Made by a program: the position numbers and the translations under genes. From an uncultured virus (IMG/VR IMGVR_UViG_3300042898_001532) (lineage: Duplodnaviria > Heunggongvirae > Uroviricota > Caudoviricetes), in IMG/VR virus record IMGVR_UViG_3300042898_001532, positions 57,668 to 77,667 of that record: a DNA stretch of 20,000 nt; one strand, given 5' to 3'. Within the stretch, counting starts at the first letter, position 1. Every line of letters starts with the position of its first letter. Below are positions 16,757 to 20,000 of this stretch, piece by piece. Under the pieces are notes generated by a model. That model was not told the origin of the DNA, ran no database searches, and saw nothing but the letters and a program-made list of their open reading frames with translations.

Positions 16757-17788
16757 ATGGGATTACCAAAGAACTATAGAAAAGATTTAAAAATAACTCC
16801 ACATAAACAAGGGTTCGAACAAAGACAAAGTATCTTAGATGATATTGCGAATAAAGGTACCTATCTACCAAAAGGGATTCTTCATGAAGATATGGACGAG
16901 GAACTACTTAACTATGTCAACAACGAAATTGATTTAACGTTGTCAGGTGAAAAAGTACCTGTAATATTCTTAAGTGCGCAAAGATGGGCGGAGTTTAGTA
17001 AAACTTGGCAATATTCTGATATCGATAAAAATATTAAACTACCTTTTATAACTGTAGTTAGAAAACCTGACGCACAACAAGGAACAAATTACGCAGGATC
17101 TTTTAATATTCCGGGTAGACCAACATTTACATATATGAAAATTCCCACATGGGATGGTAATAGAAAGGGTTACGATATCTATAAAATACCACAACCCATA
17201 TCTGTTGACATTATGTATGAAGTTAGATTATTCTGTAATAGAATGAGAGACTTAAATAAAATGAACAGTAAAATGTTGGGTTCATTTTCTTCGTTAGAAA
17301 AATATATTAGAGTAAATGGTCACCCCATACCACTTATTTTAGATAGTATAGGTGATGAAAGTCAAATCACTAATTTAGATGAAAGAAAATATTATGTCCA
17401 ATTATTCACTATAAAAATGATGGGTTATCTCTTAGATGAAGATGACTTTGTTGTCACACCTGCAGTTAGTAGAGGTATTCAATTTTATGAGATTAGTGAA
17501 GAATTATATCGGGCACCATATCAAATTAATGTTGATAAACAAAATAAGACTATTTGTTTAAATATAATATTTAATAGGGGTGTTAGTAGTGTTATTCTAC
17601 CAATAGAAATTGATGCGACTTATTCTGATTCTAACTTCACTAACGCGAATTCTTTAATATTTAAAATTAATGGTGTTACTAAAACATTACCATTTTCAGT
17701 TAGTAATGGTGATGAATTATACATTAAAGTAAATAAGACGGATGTTAGTTTATCATCTGATGTAGAGATAATCGGTACAATATTATGA
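16757..17788 (+). CDS. Tail terminator/sheath stabiliser, T4 gp15-like, with a C-terminal extension, 343 aa
   Basis: KVPVIF…RW…LPFITVVR…P..VDIMYEVRLF…DLN resembles gp15 (RVPI.Y…LPRI…P…YELSIF). Confidence 0.6.
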   Translation: MGLPKNYRKDLKITPHKQGFEQRQSILDDIANKGTYLPKGILHEDMDEELLNYVNNEIDLTLSGEKVPVIFLSAQRWAEFSKTWQYSDIDKNIKLPFITVVRKPDAQQGTNYAGSFNIPGRPTFTYMKIPTWDGNRKGYDIYKIPQPISVDIMYEVRLFCNRMRDLNKMNSKMLGSFSSLEKYIRVNGHPIPLILDSIGDESQITNLDERKYYVQLFTIKMMGYLLDEDDFVVTPAVSRGIQFYEISEELYRAPYQINVDKQNKTICLNIIFNRGVSSVILPIEIDATYSDSNFTNANSLIFKINGVTKTLPFSVSNGDELYIKVNKTDVSLSSDVEIIGTIL

Positions 17789-18417
17789 GTAATTGCGACA
17801 ATTCTAACATAAAAAAAAATTATATAGTTACAAGTACTGAAATAGATATTTTAAGTGCGTGTACTGGATTTTATACCAATAATATTTATTCATGTAGTGG
17901 TGATACCATAACGATAGAAAGTGATATATTATCTACTAACACAATTAATTCGTCTGTAATTTTAAGTGGTGGTACTAATTTATTAGATATTTTTGGGGGT
18001 TCAGGTGCAAACACCTTCATCACAGGATTTACATATGACAACTCAAATAATTTAAGTATTGAAAGAAATGATGACGTTTCTTTTAATGTTAACATAAGTG
18101 AATTTAGTGGTATTACAATTAATGGTATTTTAAGTGCGTGTACCGGTATTAATACATCTAATTTATATGGATGTTCACCGATTACAATACATGATGATTT
18201 ATTACCTTTAAATGACGGTAGTTCCGATTTAGGGACACCAATTAAAAGGTTTAGAGATATAAACACAATTAGTGGGACTTCCACAGTGTGGACATCATCC
18301 AGTAAAATTACAACGCCGGAAATTGATTTAGGGGTAGATAGTTCTGGAAACACTAGATTAATTACCGCAGACAATTCTATTATAAATAACGATGTTTTAT
18401 ATGGAGGTGTATATTAA
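17785..18417 (+). CDS. Fibre-like structural protein, 210 aa, with an internal duplication
   Basis: Two ILSACTG…N(I/L)Y.CS units, one NTFITGFTY repeat, and 'LP…SDLGTPIKRFRDI', a motif common in fibre proteins. Confidence 0.65.
   Translation: MSNCDNSNIKKNYIVTSTEIDILSACTGFYTNNIYSCSGDTITIESDILSTNTINSSVILSGGTNLLDIFGGSGANTFITGFTYDNSNNLSIERNDDVSFNVNISEFSGITINGILSACTGINTSNLYGCSPITIHDDLLPLNDGSSDLGTPIKRFRDINTISGTSTVWTSSSKITTPEIDLGVDSSGNTRLITADNSIINNDVLYGGVY
17847..18143 (+). repeat. 18-bp exact direct repeat TATTTTAAGTGCGTGTAC (17847-17864 and 18126-18143)
   Basis: Read directly from the sequence. It encodes the duplicated ILSAC(T) peptide. Confidence 0.85.
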
Positions 18418-18439
18418 ATAATTTTTTTAATAAATTACA

Positions 18440-18452
18440 ATATTTATAAATA
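18440..18452 (+). promoter_or_regulatory. ATATTTAT motif (ATATTTATAAATA), putative late promoter
   Basis: ATATTTAT at 18440-18447 is 15 nt before ATG 18463. Confidence 0.6.
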
Positions 18453-18462
18453 AAAACAAAAA

Positions 18463-20000
18463 ATGGCAATAAGAAGTACAACACACATTTTAAAAAATTC
18501 GGATATAGTAAATCGACCGTTACCTGCGTCTTTATTAAAAGGTGAACCAATAGTAAATACTGCAGATGGTATTATGTTATTTTCAGGTGTAACACAATCA
18601 ACATCTGAATGGACACCCGCAGGAACAGGAACAACATCTAACTTTTTCGAAGTAGGTTCAAACCTTTATGATTTAAGGTTAAGAAATAAAATCACACACT
18701 ATAATGATTTAACAAACTTAACAGGTAAATTCTTATCGGGTACCACAAATGGTTTCGAATTGGCAAATATTTCGGATATCTCAGGTGTTGATACTTTTGT
18801 AACAGGATTTACTTATGATGATGTAAATACATTTACAATATCTAGAAATCAGGGACTACCCGATTTAACATCAACCATTAGTGTATTATCAGGTATAACT
18901 TATTATGGTGATGGTACGGGTTTAACCAATATACCAATTTCTGGTGTAGTTAATTTACAAACAGAGTTAGATAGTAAGGTTGAGAACGGTGTTAATTCAG
19001 GTGGTGGTGAAGAAATATTTAGTGGTAAATCAGGTACTGACTTATATTTTAGAACACTAAGTGGTGGTTCTAACACAACTATTAGTACTATTGGAGATAT
19101 AGTTCGGGTAGATGTGTCTATTCCTGCCTCTACAAACACATTTGTAACTGGCGGTACATATAGTGACGTGACTGATACTATAACATTAACTAGAAATGAT
19201 GCAGTTACTGTTGATATTACTGGAGTTTCAAACACATTTACAACTGGTGGTACTTATAACGTTGGTACAACATCTATAGACTTTGATAAAAATGATGGTA
19301 CTACTTATAGCGTAGACTTATCTAATATCGATGTTAACGATACTTTCGTAACGGGATTTACTTACAACTCAATTAATAACACATTCACCATTTTAAGGAA
19401 TGAAGGTGAACCTGATTTAACCGCATCTATCGATACCGTATCAGGGTTAACTATTTCAAACTTAACCGCAGGTAGAGTAGTTTATGTTGGAACAGGTGGA
19501 GTATTAACTGATGAAGCTGGATTTACATATGATGCTTCTACAAATATATTCTCAGTTCCATCTGATGGTACTGTTAATGTTGGTACTGGTGGTTTAAATG
19601 TTGGTGGTGATGCAATTATTCAAGGTTCATTAACAGTATTTGGTCCGAGTATATCCGCCTTTACTAGTGAATTATACGTAGAAGACCCAAATATTATACT
19701 TAATTATAACCCAACAGGAAATTCGATTACTACGTCAGTTGGTGCTGGTTGGACTATTCAAGACGGTAATGGTATTGTTTCTGGAGATGTTAACTTAGAT
19801 ATTATTAGACTTCAAAACCTTACGGGTCTTACTGCAACACAAGTTCCAAATGTTTCTGAATACTCAGGAGGTACGACTGGATACATAAACAGAGGTTGGA
19901 TTACACAGTTGAATGATATTGTTATCAGAAGTACTGATGTTTCCGATGGTGGTTCACTAGGTGATATCAATGGCGTAAGGGTACTTGGGGAATTTGACAC
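18463..20000 (+). CDS. Tail-fibre-like repeat protein, partial (at least 512 aa, runs off the window; missing from the ORF track)
   Basis: Hand translation MAIRSTTHILKNSDIVNRPLPASLLKGEPIVNTADGIMLFSG… is open to base 20000. The N-terminus resembles the Mtd_N-type fibre attachment motif (L..GE..vNt.DG). It has four (D/N)TF(V/T)TG(F/G)TY repeats. Confidence 0.85.
   Translation, partial: MAIRSTTHILKNSDIVNRPLPASLLKGEPIVNTADGIMLFSGVTQSTSEWTPAGTGTTSNFFEVGSNLYDLRLRNKITHYNDLTNLTGKFLSGTTNGFELANISDISGVDTFVTGFTYDDVNTFTISRNQGLPDLTSTISVLSGITYYGDGTGLTNIPISGVVNLQTELDSKVENGVNSGGGEEIFSGKSGTDLYFRTLSGGSNTTISTIGDIVRVDVSIPASTNTFVTGGTYSDVTDTITLTRNDAVTVDITGVSNTFTTGGTYNVGTTSIDFDKNDGTTYSVDLSNIDVNDTFVTGFTYNSINNTFTILRNEGEPDLTASIDTVSGLTISNLTAGRVVYVGTGGVLTDEAGFTYDASTNIFSVPSDGTVNVGTGGLNVGGDAIIQGSLTVFGPSISAFTSELYVEDPNIILNYNPTGNSITTSVGAGWTIQDGNGIVSGDVNLDIIRLQNLTGLTATQVPNVSEYSGGTTGYINRGWITQLNDIVIRSTDVSDGGSLGDINGVRVLGEFD

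Noticed and set aside
17886..20000. Minus-strand ORFs 17886..18374, 18903..19235 and 19812..20000
   Set aside because: Antisense shadows of the plus-strand fibre genes, whose frame carries the repeats and an upstream motif.
1..20000. Stop-codon reassignment (as in some large phages)
   Set aside because: Long genes are intact in code 11, and TAA, TGA and TAG all end credible genes (TAG only once, at the glutaredoxin). The only suspicious internal stop is a single TAA.
1..20000. CRISPR array, tRNA/rRNA, IS element, or diversity-generating retroelement
   Set aside because: I saw no regularly spaced nucleotide repeats, cloverleaf, transposase, reverse transcriptase or adenine-variable repeat pair. 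Short structured RNAs could be missed by eye, but intergenic space is minimal.

Overview
This is an AT-rich segment of a large tailed dsDNA phage (or prophage-like element) with T4-superfamily neck genes. The host is probably Bacteroidota, inferred from a TAnnTTTG promoter and A-rich leaders without Shine-Dalgarno sites. Virion genes (gp13-, gp14- and gp15-like neck proteins, a BppU-like protein, a Cys-rich LamG-like protein and Gly/Thr/Ser-rich fibre proteins) are interleaved on both strands with replication genes. These are a family B DNA polymerase with one LAGLIDADG intein and an SNF2 helicase with two inteins (one Ala-starting class 3, one class 1), followed by a glutaredoxin. A five-gene minus-strand operon containing a stand-alone WYL-like protein ends at a cUUCGg terminator. 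The most notable unexplained signals are: (i) a [S/T]-G-x-T tetrapeptide counted about 44 times in four structural proteins and not at all in the polymerase or helicase (a candidate virion-modification sequon); (ii) an ATATTTAT motif 13-20 nt upstream of seven genes (a candidate late promoter); (iii) short amphipathic '(I/L)xE(E)' segments shared by unrelated small late proteins, including the WYL protein (candidate capsid-targeting/cleavage signals). An ORF missing from the supplied track runs from 18463 off the right edge. All assignments come from reading motifs by eye; no database searches were run.
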